Of a stretch of DNA of 64,000 nucleotides, positions 45,527-56,869 are shown piece after piece (positions within the stretch are counted from its first letter, which is position 1; every line of letters starts with the position of its first letter). Below the pieces are notes generated by a model. The model searched no databases. It worked only from the letters and a program-made list of their open reading frames with translations, and had not been told where the DNA came from. This DNA comes from Tubiluchus corallicola (Eukaryota; Animalia; Priapulida): the NCBI GenBank assembly GCA_030141605.1, contig JAQGDQ010000889.1, forward strand, positions 19,291-83,290, read 5' to 3'. The translations under genes were made by a program, and so were the position numbers.

Positions 45527-46599
45527 GCGAGAGAGGGGGGAGAGAGGAGGCAGTATGTTCGCATAAAGCAAAAAAATGTTACCTCGGCGTGAGGCCCCCC
45601 TGGAGGGTGAGGCCCTAGGCGGTTGCCTAGTTTGCCTATGCTTAAGGCCGGCCCTGAGTCAAGCCTTCTGGGCAGCTAGGTTTGTTTCAGTTCGCGGTAA
45701 ATGTTAGAAGGATTTAATAATACAAGCGAGATAAGCGCCTCGTGTATTTAGTAAAATTACTTTAAAGTCGCGATCATTTCGCTCTTAAGTGCTGCCATTT
45801 TGAACGCTCATTTTTAATTTTGATTTTTATAGATTTATTTCGCAATAAACGTATACATATACATTAGATGTGCATGGATAATCAGTTTTTGTTAATACAA
45901 AAATATGATACAATATATGTATTCTGCGCTAGAGACCTAAGAAGCTAGCTTATGGTAGGCCACTAGAATTAGTTACGAAAAAAATTACAATATATACAGA
46001 TACAATATTACAATATATACAAATATAAATACGGGTGGGAAGTAATAAAAATATTATTATACTAGAGGGGAACTTTTTGAGAATGCAAAACAACAAATCA
46101 TGATTGAGTGATCAGTTATATGTTTCAAGTAAGTTTAATTCATAATTTTTTTTTAAATATGGACAGCGAGTTGGCATTTTTAATTCTTTCACCAATGACG
46201 TAGTCAACAAAGTGAAAAGCAGCTGATAATTTTTTAAAGTATTTAAGACATTTAGTATGCATGCTATGCTGATCTGTACAAAGTCGTCTCTAAAGTACTG
46301 TACCTTGAGCAGTTTTTTTATGCTACGTAGATTTTCTAGTTTGCCATTTTATCACCATTTTTAGTCTATTGTTATTGACTTAAATCAAAATAACTATTAA
46401 CAGATCAAATAACTGTCAGTTTTAAAATTTTATTAATTTTAAAGGCAGAAAATATTCTCGTATCCCACGGGATACAACGGGTATGAAAGGGTTAAGTAAA
46501 AAAATACATACGCACCAGGTCTGGCATTACACCTGCAATTACAAGCCATCCTCTCAGAGAGCTCTGCTGCTTTCCTGCTGTCATCACTTCATCAGTCAT
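40624..46599 (-). CDS. Single-domain rhodanese/sulfurtransferase paralog 3 (TSTD1/TSTD3-like); exons 44602-44477, 42490-42331, 40702-40624, plus a probable first coding exon 46599-46533 (or 46512)
   Basis: VLIDVRSCDEVCDTGKIPTSIVIP, VVFTCRSGNRS active loop, YGGGWLEW; intron phases 1/1/2 consistent; first exon is tentative. Confidence 0.88.
41124..41242 (+). rRNA. 5S rRNA-like sequence (probable pseudogene or SINE3-type head)
   Basis: CTACGGCCAAACCACGTTGAAAACACC...GATCACCGAAGTTAAGCAAC...CCTGGTTAGTACTTGGACGGGTGACCGCC...GAATACCAGGTGCTGTAGGCT; 119 nt; no T-run terminator follows. Confidence 0.9.
41370..42014 (+). pseudogene. Unidentified ORF-like region with an in-frame 285-bp internal duplication and one in-frame TAA
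   Basis: TREE.EF..SGQLRISIHLAQACALET.KDRTAQ occurs twice; ORFs 41370-41615 and 41625-42014 share a frame. Confidence 0.4.
42110..42283 (-). mobile_element. Partial copy of the element at 47767-48059
   Basis: CTGCAGCCTATACTGGCCTATAGGGTAATCCGGCC is the reverse complement of its left end. Confidence 0.65.
42585..42803. mobile_element. mariner-like MITE
   Basis: TA-CAGGGTGTTTCAAAAGAAAC ... GTTTCTTTTGGATCGCCCTG-TA. Confidence 0.65.
42985..43444 (+). mobile_element. piggyBac-type MITE family C, full copy
   Basis: TTAA TSDs and both TIRs. Confidence 0.92.
43885..44359 (+). mobile_element. hAT MITE family D
   Basis: CGGGGGCGGAACTAG ... CTAGTTCCGCTCCTG; perfect 8-bp TSD CACCTGTT; second copy at 60689-61366. 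Confidence 0.9.
44990..45656 (-). mobile_element. Non-autonomous hAT element with transposase C-terminal remnant and an internal (GA)/(GAGT) microsatellite
   Basis: TIR CAGGGCCGGCCTTA / TAAGGCCGGCCCTG; AGTCAAG direct repeats; peptides ERLNSLAMISIERDIVQPLDY and FAAIKARKVDF. Confidence 0.85.
46222..46491 (-). mobile_element. piggyBac-type MITE family C, partial
   Basis: Left half of the family, inverted, ending GAAAGGG-TTAA. Confidence 0.88.
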
Positions 46600-46764
46600 A
46601 CGACCACCCTGTACAGTGTGAATGAAATTTGTACAATTGCATTTTATCTACCAGGAATTATTGCAATTTTAACATTTTCAATGTGTAAGCCTGCCGTTCA
46701 ATATTATACAACATACCTATAATCGCATATATTAATTCTACTGGTATATATATATATTTATACA

Positions 46765-46769
<5 letters not shown>

Positions 46770-46795
<26 letters not shown>

Positions 46796-47130
46796 GATTC
46801 TAGGCTACAGCTCGGACGGCTCCATTTGCGGTGATCTATATATCAAAAGAAAGGTCTCGATCTGGTGTCGTGCCATTGGGGGTTTATTTTTCGAATCGGG
46901 CCCGCCGGGAGGAACGGGGGGCGAAAAACCTCCAAAAATGGCCATTTTTCGGCATTTTTTTGCAAAAATTATACATCTGAGATGTAGAGAACGGGAATGG
47001 GCCGAGGGGGGTGCTGGGTATGTGTAGATAGCCCGTTCAGCGGTGGGTGTAGTAGGCATATTTAGAATTCCCGAGAGGGTCACGGCGTCCCGCAACGGGC
47101 GTTTTCCCGGACAAAACTCTGGCTTTTTTC
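46770..47130 (+). mobile_element. CpG-rich repeat, possibly a non-autonomous Helitron-type element
   Basis: (TA)n start and abrupt GC shift; no TSD or clear CTRR 3' end found, so the family assignment is inference. Confidence 0.35.
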
Positions 47131-47375
47131 GAATTCTATATTAATGTGCTTTTTTGATTGTTCTTCTGAGACATTTGAATAGGGGCGGATTAGAGGGGTG
47201 AAAGGGGGGGGGGGGGTGAAAGGTCATTAAGCTAATAACGTTATAGACTTTGGCCCTAAATTTTGATAGTTACAAGGTGTCCTAAAATCGATGACAAAAT
47301 AAACAAAAATAATATGATACTATTTTGTAAACAGCACAATAAAATTATTGAAACTGAAAGTGTTAAAACTATGTA

Positions 47376-47709
47376 CAGTCAACCCTCGTTAAACCGAACT
47401 AATTTGGGGGGGGGGGCGGGGGTCCGGTTTAGCCGATTGTCCGATTTATCCGATATGCCTATTTATGGTCTATATTATACAGGAATAATCACCTTAATAA
47501 GGCCTATATACTGTGCACTATATATTATACTGTATATTACTTTAAAATAGTTAACCTGTGAGGATAAAGAAATTATTGTACAGTTGGTAGGCCGTGTTGT
47601 GTTTAGCGCTCGGGCTCGGATGGAAATCAGTCAATTTCTTTTACCACGGATGACGTCCGTCTTATCCGATATCCGGGCTAACGGGGTCCGATTTAACGAG
47701 GGTCAACTG
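47376..47709. mobile_element. pogo/Tc1-like MITE family B
   Basis: TA TSD, TIR CAGTCAACCCTCGTTAAA; matches 4788-5117. Confidence 0.9.
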
Positions 47710-47766
47710 TATATAGTTTTCTCTTTATGTATTCCCAGTAAGCACTTGAACCATTGAGTCTACACC

Positions 47767-48059
47767 CAGGGCCAGATTATCCTATAGGCCAGTATAGGCT
47801 GCAGTCTGGTGCCATTCAAGCTTGGGGCCTTCAAACATTTCGTAAAAAATCAGCTTTGTCATTGCGGCTGTGTTTAATGATGTGTTAATTTGGTTTGCAA
47901 TAAATGGTAAAACAGTGACACTTCTTAAAGAATAATTTTATTGACCAGCTTTGACAAAATTTCATCTTACAGTTTAGTATTGTTTTTATTCTGAATTACA
48001 CTTATGTAAAGATACCAGCCTATGTGCTTAGGGCCACGTGAGCTTTTAATCCAGCCCCG
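47767..48059 (+). mobile_element. hAT-like MITE, diverged
   Basis: CAGGGCCAGATTA ... TAATCCAGCCCCG; partial second copy at 42110-42283. Confidence 0.6.
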
Positions 48060-48267
48060 CCATTTTGGCTCTTTCTCCATGTCACATGGGTATTAAGCGA
48101 TAGGCTAATCACTCATTTAGGGAGCGTTCATCAGCCACGTATACGATATTAGTAATTACGATTTTTTGAAAATTAGTTTAATAAATTTTCATTCAAACAT
48201 AGCCTATGCTACTAACCCTTTCTAAGCCATTCCGTGCCGGAGCAAGTTTCCTCGACGTGAAAACTTT

Positions 48268-48310
48268 GTTACCAAGATGCTGTCACCATGGCGACTGTTT
48301 CCAAGGTGAA
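48268..48310. promoter_or_regulatory. RFX X-box-like cluster upstream of rhodanese paralog 3
   Basis: GTCACCATGGCGAC (48282-48295) flanked by GTTACC and GTTTCC half sites; minus-strand GTTAGT donor about 65 nt downstream. Confidence 0.5.
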
Positions 48311-48429
48311 GTGCTTCATTATTACGTCAAAAGTTCCTAATTAACCAATTGAAGAGTGATAAATTAATTGATTTTTTTGGTTCATGTTTAATCATCATCA
48401 TCATTGTCATCATCATCGTACGCTCGTCA

Positions 48430-48560
48430 CGTCTATTGTAGACATTGGGCAGGCAGAATTCTAAAATAAAAGAAATTTGCCTTCAGACAGGTAAACGCAG
48501 CAGTAATCTAGCAGCAAAACTAGACACTGCTACGCCAGTGGCTTGTCAGCACCACTTCCG
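48430..48560 (-). repeat. Dispersed repeat fragment, inverted copy of about 28092-28225
   Basis: CGGAAGTGGTGCTGACAAGCCACTGGCGTAGCAGTGTCTAG is shared. Confidence 0.8.
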
Positions 48561-49236
48561 TTCAAAGTATGCTTGGTGAAGTTGTGCCGCGTGAAAGGAA
48601 TTAAGGAGCACGTTGGAGAGATATCAAAACCTTGTTTAGAAAACACTAGTTAGTAAGAGACCGCAAACTAATTATCTTGTTGGGTAAACAGTGACGCCGA
48701 GGTCAAAGGTCATTGGCAGTTTTCATGGTCTTTTGTAGGAGAGAAATAATATTTTAAAGGAAAAGATCATTTTGACGAAATTTTATCTAATGTGACAGTG
48801 ACTAGGGCGCTACAATTAAAAAATGATGATCTTTACCCGCAGTGGCACCAATTTCCCGTGCAAAAAACTCAAGTACAAACCTCACATGCAAAGGAATACA
48901 GCAAACTGTCAAGAAACAACAAGAAAAAGTGACTAACCTGCGTGAGACTCTAGAGTATCGAAGCCCCATTACTGCTGTTGTATAGACATGTAACGCTGAG
49001 CAAATAAAAGGCTACAACAATGTATAGAGCAATGGTACATTACACGAGAGCGGAGATTTTTTTCAGTGGATGACCCTGATTCAGATAAATGAGGTCAGAA
49101 GTCAGTAAAAAGTCAGCATCCATACCATGCAGAGTTGTATAATGAAGCGGGTAGCTAAAGGATCACCTTAGAAATACTACACACTTTTCGGTTCATTATC
49201 TAAGGCTATTATATATATATATATATATATATGCCT

Positions 49237-49513
49237 GCAGGCAGGCAGGCAGGCAGGCAGGTAAAAGGTAGGTACGTAGGTAGGTACGTACGTACGTACG
49301 TACGTAGGTAGGTAGGTAGGTAGGTAGGTAGGTAGGTAGGTAGGTAGGTAGGTAGGTAGGTAGGTAGGCAGGCAGGCAGGCAGGCAGGAAGGTAGGCAGG
49401 CAGGAAGATAGGCTGGTAGGTAGGTAGGTAGGTAGGCAGGCAGGCAGGCAGGCAGGCAGGTAGGTAGGTAGGTAGGTAGGTAGGTAGGTAGGTAGGTAGG
49501 TAGGTAGGTAGGT
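49237..49513. repeat. (GGTA)/(GGCA)n microsatellite
   Basis: Direct reading. Confidence 0.95.
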
Positions 49514-50046
49514 ATTACTAATATGTATATAAAATAGTCACATTTCAAAATGCAGTACCTTTATTACTGTGTCACAAACATTCTTAATATTTTCGAAGCC
49601 AAAAGTTCAAGTCATGATCACAAGGTCAAAGGACATCTAGAGGTTATTAGTCGAAATGTACACTAGAAGCAACACTGTAGCTCAGTGTTGCACCGAGCAG
49701 CACACTTTTCTGACAGTCTATACATCGCACAAAGCTTCGGTACTTCATTGTTTTTAACGCCATTCTACCCAGCATGTGTAAACACAATAACATGTCGATT
49801 TATGCAGCGTCAGAAGAATTAAAACCGCTTAATAATATCATGACAGTGACAGTAAATGAAATTTATTTATCACATTTGTTTATCACAGCAAAATGATAAG
49901 CAGAAAAAAATTCATTCAGTGGATATTCAAACACCTGCTGCCACCTGCAGCTCAAAGTTCGCACTCTATAGATTCATGATGAGCTTTAATCCAGTTACTT
50001 TTACTTTTACTTCTAGAGGGCGTTGCAAGCTGAGATCCAGCTGCCA

Positions 50047-53000
50047 TCAACGCACCGCAGCAGACCATTCTATCCATCCTCCCTTGTAAATTCTACACCT
50101 GCAAAATTATAAGAAGATCATTTTAGTAAATGTCCTAAGACGATTCACATCAGTCTGGAAATAGAGGAGTTGAAATTTTACTTGGATGCAAAAAACACAA
50201 AGATCAGCAGAGAAGTCTGTATTAAAATCATAGTAGCTACGCAGATAAACATAAATACCTGAAATTAATATATTTTTCTCTGGGTATATATATATATACA
50301 CATATATATATATATTCAGTAATCCATTCATTCATTCACTATTCATTAATTGATTCATTCATTCTTTCATTCATTCATTCATTCATTCATTCATTCATTC
50401 ATTCATTCATTCATTCATTCATTCATTCATTCATTCATTCATTCATTCATTCATTCATTCATTCATTCATTCATTCATTCATTCATTCATTCATTCATTC
50501 ATCCATTCATTCATTCATTCATTCATTCATTCACTATTCATTCGTTCGTTCGTTCGTTCGTTCGTTCGTTCGCTCATTCATTTATTCATTCATTCATTCA
50601 TTCATTCATTCATTCATTCATTCATTCATTCATTCATTCATTCATTATTCATCCATTCAGTAATCCATTCATTCAGTAATGCATTAATTAATTAATTCAT
50701 TCATTCATTCATTCATTCATTTATTCGTGCACTATTCATTCATTCATTCATTCATGTATTCGTTCATTCATTCATGTATTCATTCATTCATTCATTTATT
50801 CACTCACTCACTCACTCACTCACTATTTATTTTTTTCATTCATTCATTCACTCATTCATTCATGTATTCATTCATTCATTCATTCATTCATTCATTCATT
50901 CATTCATTCATTCATTCATTCATTCATTCATGTATTCGTTCATTCATTCATTCATTCACTCACTCACTCACTATTTATCTATTCATTCATTCGTTCGTTC
51001 ATTCATTCATTCTTGCGCTCCAACACGTCTTATCCATACCTTTTGCTAAAAATTTGAAATATTACATCAAATGTGTAAAATACAGCAATAGTTGCACGCT
51101 GTCTAGTCGCTTGTTTCATCATGAATCAGCTCCCCCATCATCATGAATCAGGTCCCCCAAGGCTGACTTATCCTGTCGACTAACTATATTCTGCAGCCCT
51201 TCTAGGTTTGGTCACATTTGGTAAAATATCTGCCTTTTTTTCACTATGGTTGTGTTGTGTGCTAATATGGTTTGATTTGAATAGTAAAATTGTGATATTC
51301 TTTTAAAGAATATTTTTATTGAGAAACAAAAGATGGCTTATTCTAGTTTATTTAAAAACTGCAATAAGTTTACTTTAACCTACGTAGATGCCTCTAAAGT
51401 ACAGCATATCACGAGTAAATTTAAAGACGGGTGCAGGCGAGTGTGGCTCCGTCTATGGCTGCTCATAATTTCATTAGCCTAAGGCCCTAAAAGATCATAC
51501 TTCGACCCTATGTCCCCTTAAGAATATAGATATACAACACCTATGATATCCCATGTCAATGGCTAGCTTATGAGCACGTTTGCTCCTGTCTCCCGAATGG
51601 CACGCAAAGATAATTTCCGTATCCTTTTCCGGTTTTTGTTTCTTGTATTTTTCTTCGAACGACACATTGTCCATTTTGAAGGCATCAGCAAGAAGCTCCA
51701 CTAAACGAGAATTTGTTTTATTAGATACTAGTCAGTCAGTCAGTCAGTCAGTCAGTCAGTCAGTCAGTCAGTCAGTCAGTCAGTCAGTCAGTCAGTCAGT
51801 CAGTCAGTCAGTACAGCAAGTACGGGATGGGCTGATGCGTATTATATATATATTAATTCTTTATTTGTCATAAAAATGGCTCACTCATTATAATAAAATT
51901 GAGTAAGCCTCAGCGTAATGTTAAGATAACAACACTGTTCAAGACAAATGCGTCCAGTGCAGACTAAAAAACTAAAGTGCAAAACTAAGGCCTAATTATG
52001 TACAATAAATGAACATATTTACAAACACCATATTAAAATATTTTTACAAAACAATATTAAAAAAGTACATTAAATTTTACATGACATATTTGACACTATA
52101 TATACATTTGACATGACACAATTAACAGAAACATGCTTTACATTACATAAATTTCACTCATTACATTTACACTATTTATACATTTGACATTACAAAACTA
52201 ACATAACACGTATTACATTACATAATTTTTTTTAAAAAATTTCATTTTTAATCGTTATATGGAGTCAGGGGCGGGGGTAGATGCAAGTGGAGTCTGTGTA
52301 ATTAGTATCAGATGCACAATGTGGAAGTTGAAACCTGTTATATTGATATTCTTTTAATTTCTTTTTAAAGTGGTGGAGAGATTCTACTAGTTTTATTTCA
52401 CTGGGTAGTAAGTTCCATAAATGTATGTCCTGTTTTGATATAGAGTTATTTCCAAATTTATTGTTTACTGTAATGTGTTTACCTCCTGGAAAAAAATATC
52501 CAAACCCGGAATTGAACCTGCGCTCTGGGCACCAGAGCCTCTTTTAACATGTTGGCTGGGTAACATGTCCTGGCGCAGACTAAATTTAACCCTGGTACCC
52601 AGGGATGCGTAAATCTGACCACTGGGTACCGAGATACATTGTTTCATGAAAAATAAATTTCCAGGGAACGATTGCCAGAACCGCAATTGCATCGCATCGC
52701 GATAGAGAATTCGTCAAAAAACTCCTCTGCAAAGACAAGGTATGTTATGAGCTTGTCTTAGAGATCTTGTACACATGTTACGTGGAATGGAGGTGTCGGT
52801 TGGGTAGATGTATGCTTGTATTTCTCATAATTTTTTGGATGTTTTATGGTATTGGACTGCTGTCCGCTTTTAACGGAGGCAGGACGGATGTCACCGCGGC
52901 CCACACCGTGCGGCATGTCCCAATCAAGTCCTTCAACACCAAACCCAAAACAGAACCCGAATAATGGAGTCGAAATGACAATTTATTACTAAATATGACA

Positions 53001-54589
53001 CCCCCAATAAGGAACAACAGCTTACCTAGAAGAACGGAATTTGTGGCAAAGCCTGTGAAATGTGAATAGAGCTGCAATGAAAAACACGACCACTGACAAG
53101 GGTCTGCAGCATACCTTCCCTTTTTATAAGCTCAGGTGTGCACGTGACTAGTGGCTTTTACTAACGCAAGGTCAGAATACGAGTCTGTGCTAGATAAAGC
53201 CACGTTCACAAGCACACTTGAGAAGTCTACTGTATTCCCCTGCCAGCATTACATTTCATCTCTTCACAGCCCATCACACTATTATGTCACAGGTTTAACG
53301 TGCTTCACTTTACTGAAACGTGGCGCTCAGAATCGCCAGAAATAGCCGTTTCTGAAAGAAAAATCCCCCAAGACCCCCTGGTACAAAGTCATTGTCCCTT
53401 AAAAGAGGCTCTGTTCTGCATTGGAGTCTGGCCAAAATTCTGAAGTCCTTGATTCAGTTTAGCGTTTGAATGTCAGCCAAAGGTGGCGACACCTGTCAGC
53501 TGTTAGTGCTATTTTTCCCTGTACCCTTTTCTATAGAATTCTCTAAGAATAGGCCCACCTTAAAATTTGTTTCTGATCTTATATAGTAAATACAGTTTGT
53601 CTTTTTAACCCTTTCATACCCGTTGTATCCCGTGGGATACGAGAATATTTTCTGCCTTTAAAATGAATAAAATTTTAAAACTGACAGTTATCTGATCTGT
53701 TAGTAGTTATTTTGATTTAAGCCAATAACAATAGACTAAAATGGTGATAAAATGTCAAAGTAGAAAATCTACATAGCATAAGAAACTGCGCAAGGTACAG
53801 TACTTTAGAGACGACTTTGTACAGATCAGCATAGCATGCATACTAAATGTCTTAAATACTTTAAAAAATTATCAGCAGTTGCAAAATGAAGCACATTTTA
53901 TGCTTCCATTGAAATCCCAATGTATCCCGTGGGATACAGGCTATATTTAGCACGCGGGCACAGGTAGAAAAAAATAATTATTATGTGTAAACAAGATGGA
54001 CACACTGAACAAAAGTACCAAGCCAAAAATTTTTTCTTATTAAAAAATAATTTGGGACTGAAAGGGTTAAAAATTAATATCATGAAGCTTTTATGAAGAT
54101 TTTACAAGACGAACAAAACGAAGCAAAAATCGAAAATTTGCCATCTTGCCAAAACGAGGATAAGCTCATTTACGTGGAATGTTGATTGCGGTGGGAATCG
54201 TTCCTGATGACGTCACTTCCGCTTCCGATCTGACGTCAACCAGTAGGATAGGCTTCGCATTGTTGACAGCCTCTTGCAATTCTGCGGTCGAAATTTCTAA
54301 AAGAAATCGTAACTGATAATTAATAACGAACTGACACGCCGTCAACTTTGCCCGTTCAACTAAAGTTAAGACTCGGGTCACTGTCACCATCTGTTGATGT
54401 TTGGCAAAAAAAGCTGATATGCCTGTTTTGCAAATTAGCAAACTAAGAATCCCATCATGGGTATGGGTACCTATCTATCTGTCTGTCCGCCTGCCCACCT
54501 GTCTATCTGTCTATCTATCCATCCGTCTGCCTATTTATCTGTTTGTTTTTCTCTCCCTCTGTCTCTCACATGGACGCAAGCACGAACGT

Positions 54590-54657
<68 letters not shown>

Positions 54658-54680
54658 GCACGCACGCACGCATGCACGCA

Positions 54681-54712
<32 letters not shown>

Positions 54713-55568
54713 CACACACACACTGAAAAGGTGCTGATCGCTAAGACACATCCATGTATGATTCTCCTTCGTCCTCACCTAGATTCCAGTCCCGCTGCAA
54801 GCATCCATATTAATTAAGCAAACCTTTTGGTGGCTGAGTGAGAAAAACTAGTTTGTGGTACCAAATTGCATTAAAAATGAAGTTATTTTACAAAAATGAC
54901 GGAATATTTAACCAATACAAAAGACAGGATGATAAATGACATATATTTAAACCCCAATAATGCTGCAAAAGCGTTTCTGATAATTAAATGATACATTAAA
55001 ATTTTATTTAACGGCGGGCGAGCCCAACTATCGATGACATCACAAACGAACAGAATTTTCAACAGCAAAAATGCTCAATGAGCGTATTACACGTATTTGC
55101 AAAGCGAAAATAAAACTAAAAAATTCAAATTTATCGCTGTGCTCGCGCATGACGCTTCGTCACAAACTAACGCCTCTGAACTGAGAGGTACAGCACTGTT
55201 GTTTGTGCAATGCGTGTCCAAAATGCAGGCGCTAGTGCCCGTCTTTTTAGCGAATTGCGAAATGCAAGTGACAGCGAAGAACTAGTGGCGCGAATTCGAA
55301 ATAGCGTTTGTGTGGTAATAATTCTTTCACGTAAGTCATTTTTGAAGAAATTAGTATGTTCCCCTTCAATATTTTAAAGAGTAGATTGTTTTGACCTACA
55401 GTTTACGATTGGGTCAGATTTTGCTTAAAACTTTACACTGTATTTATAGGGAAATAAACTTACATTGAAATGAAAGGAGGTTTTTATGTTTAACTAACCG
55501 CATTTGTACCTACCATGAGAGCATCCACATCCGCCAGCATTTCCTAGTCCTATGCCAAATACATTCAT
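50047..55568 (-). CDS. Single-domain rhodanese paralog 2; exons 54296-54174, 51700-51541, 50098-50047; first coding exon tentative (55568-55514 or 55540-55510)
   Basis: [43 protein letters not shown]; same intron positions and phases as paralogs 1 and 3. Confidence 0.85.
50325..51012. repeat. (ATTC)n microsatellite
   Basis: Direct reading. Confidence 0.95.
51730..51812. repeat. (GTCA)n microsatellite
   Basis: Direct reading. Confidence 0.95.
51870..52465 (-). mobile_element. CR1/L2-like LINE 3' end
   Basis: Peptide [39 protein letters not shown]; 3' UTR similar to 22130-22190. Confidence 0.7.
53609..54066 (+). mobile_element. piggyBac-type MITE family C, full copy
   Basis: TTAA TSDs and both TIRs. 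Confidence 0.92.
54591..54723. repeat. (CA)n/(CACG)n microsatellite
   Basis: Direct reading. Confidence 0.95.
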
Positions 55569-56287
55569 TGTATCATGATGATGTCATCCTCCAGGCAGAT
55601 CCACTCCATTCCAGATTTTGCCACCTACGCATTTAGGCCTATAGGTTACTCACAAGGACAGATAAAGCGAGCACTTTCTAGTGGAGGAAATAGGGCATAT
55701 GAAAGTGTTGCTCGGGATAATGTGGTCGGCAGTGTGTAGTGTGGAAGTTGTAATTGTACATTTTTTAGGTGCTGCCATCTATCTAATCCTTTTACTCTAC
55801 CAGCTACTTACCCCCAGTATAACTGTATGGTCCAGTGAATGCATATTCACTGGATCTCTCCCTAATTTAAAGTAATGGTTTTGTGAAGCCTGTACAAGTA
55901 TGCATAGTTACCTATACCTATATATACTGACTAGTTTTGCTTTCTATTCTGTCTCTAACTCTCGGTGTTCAGTGCAGCAGTCATGCTACTTATGTGTATG
56001 TAGTTTAATAAACACTTTTCTGTGCAAATATGTAGTATAGTTTTTTATTCTTGTTCTACAAAGTGAGTGATACAACTTTAAACGTGACTTTCACATGTAG
56101 CACTGACTTACTGGTTCTGTTTGTCCATTTACCTGTTTGTCTGTCTGTTAGTCTGTCTTTTTGTTTGTTTGTCTGTCTGTCTACCTATCCGTCTGTAAGA
56201 ACTAGTGTTCAGAATCAGATGTCACCAAACTGATGATATTCTTCTTATATTTTATGTACCTCACTGACTTAAAATACTCGCAAAGTA

Positions 56288-56532
56288 ACAAGTCAGAGGT
56301 CGCAATCACCAACAGTTCTACCTTAATAAATCAAAGGTCAGAGGTCACAATCACCGACAGTTCTACCTTAACAAATCAAAGGTCAGCGGTCACAATCACC
56401 GACAGTTCTACCTTAATAAATCAAAGCTCAGAGGTCACAATCACCAACAGTTCTGCTTAATAAATCAAAGCTCAGAGGTCACAATCACCAACAGTTCTGC
56501 TTAATAAATCAAAGGTCAGAGGTCACAATCAC
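56288..56532. repeat. 45-bp minisatellite, about 5.5 units, each containing a DR1-like AGGTCAGAGGTCA
   Basis: Unit AAATCAAAGGTCAGAGGTCACAATCACCGACAGTTCTACCTTAAT. Confidence 0.9.
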
Positions 56533-56817
56533 TATCATTTTAATCTTCGTTGTCAAAGATAGTTTATACGTTACAACCTTGTTTTAACTTTCATGTCATT
56601 TATTCTTTCATATTCTAAAAACCTTGCCGGTATTTTTATTCGATTAAATTAATAACAACTTAAAATGTTGAGAATCATACCTTTTATATCACCCAATCCT
56701 TCGTGATGCTTAAAAGCAAATGAGTGATTTTTCTCGTAAGTTCATGTTAAGTACTGATTGGTGTGTTATGTTTCCCAGATAGTTATGACAGGTTCTTGTA
56801 GTTATGACATTTCGTCA

Positions 56818-56846
56818 GTTACCGTTACCACAGCAACTGTTACCAA
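56818..56846. promoter_or_regulatory. RFX X-box-like cluster upstream of rhodanese paralog 2
   Basis: GTTACCACAGCAAC (56824-56837) with two flanking GTTACC half sites; minus-strand AAG|GTATGA donor at 56680. Confidence 0.5.
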
Positions 56847-56869
56847 GTACATATTAGACGTACCAGGCA

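Noticed and set aside
48938-49012. Exon-like segment (MGLRYSRVSR|GTTAGT) as the first coding exon of paralog 3
   Set aside because: Its ATG frame ends in phase 2, incompatible with the downstream exons found; could be a UTR exon
55514-55638. In-frame TGA in an exon-like segment ([28 protein letters not shown]), suggesting a selenoprotein linker between rhodanese units
   Set aside because: Paralog 1 has its own terminal exon at 58459-58393, the acceptor here is weak, and the only ATGA..AA stem in paralog 2's 3' UTR lacks the 3' GA of a SECIS quartet; a SECISearch3 hit would reopen this
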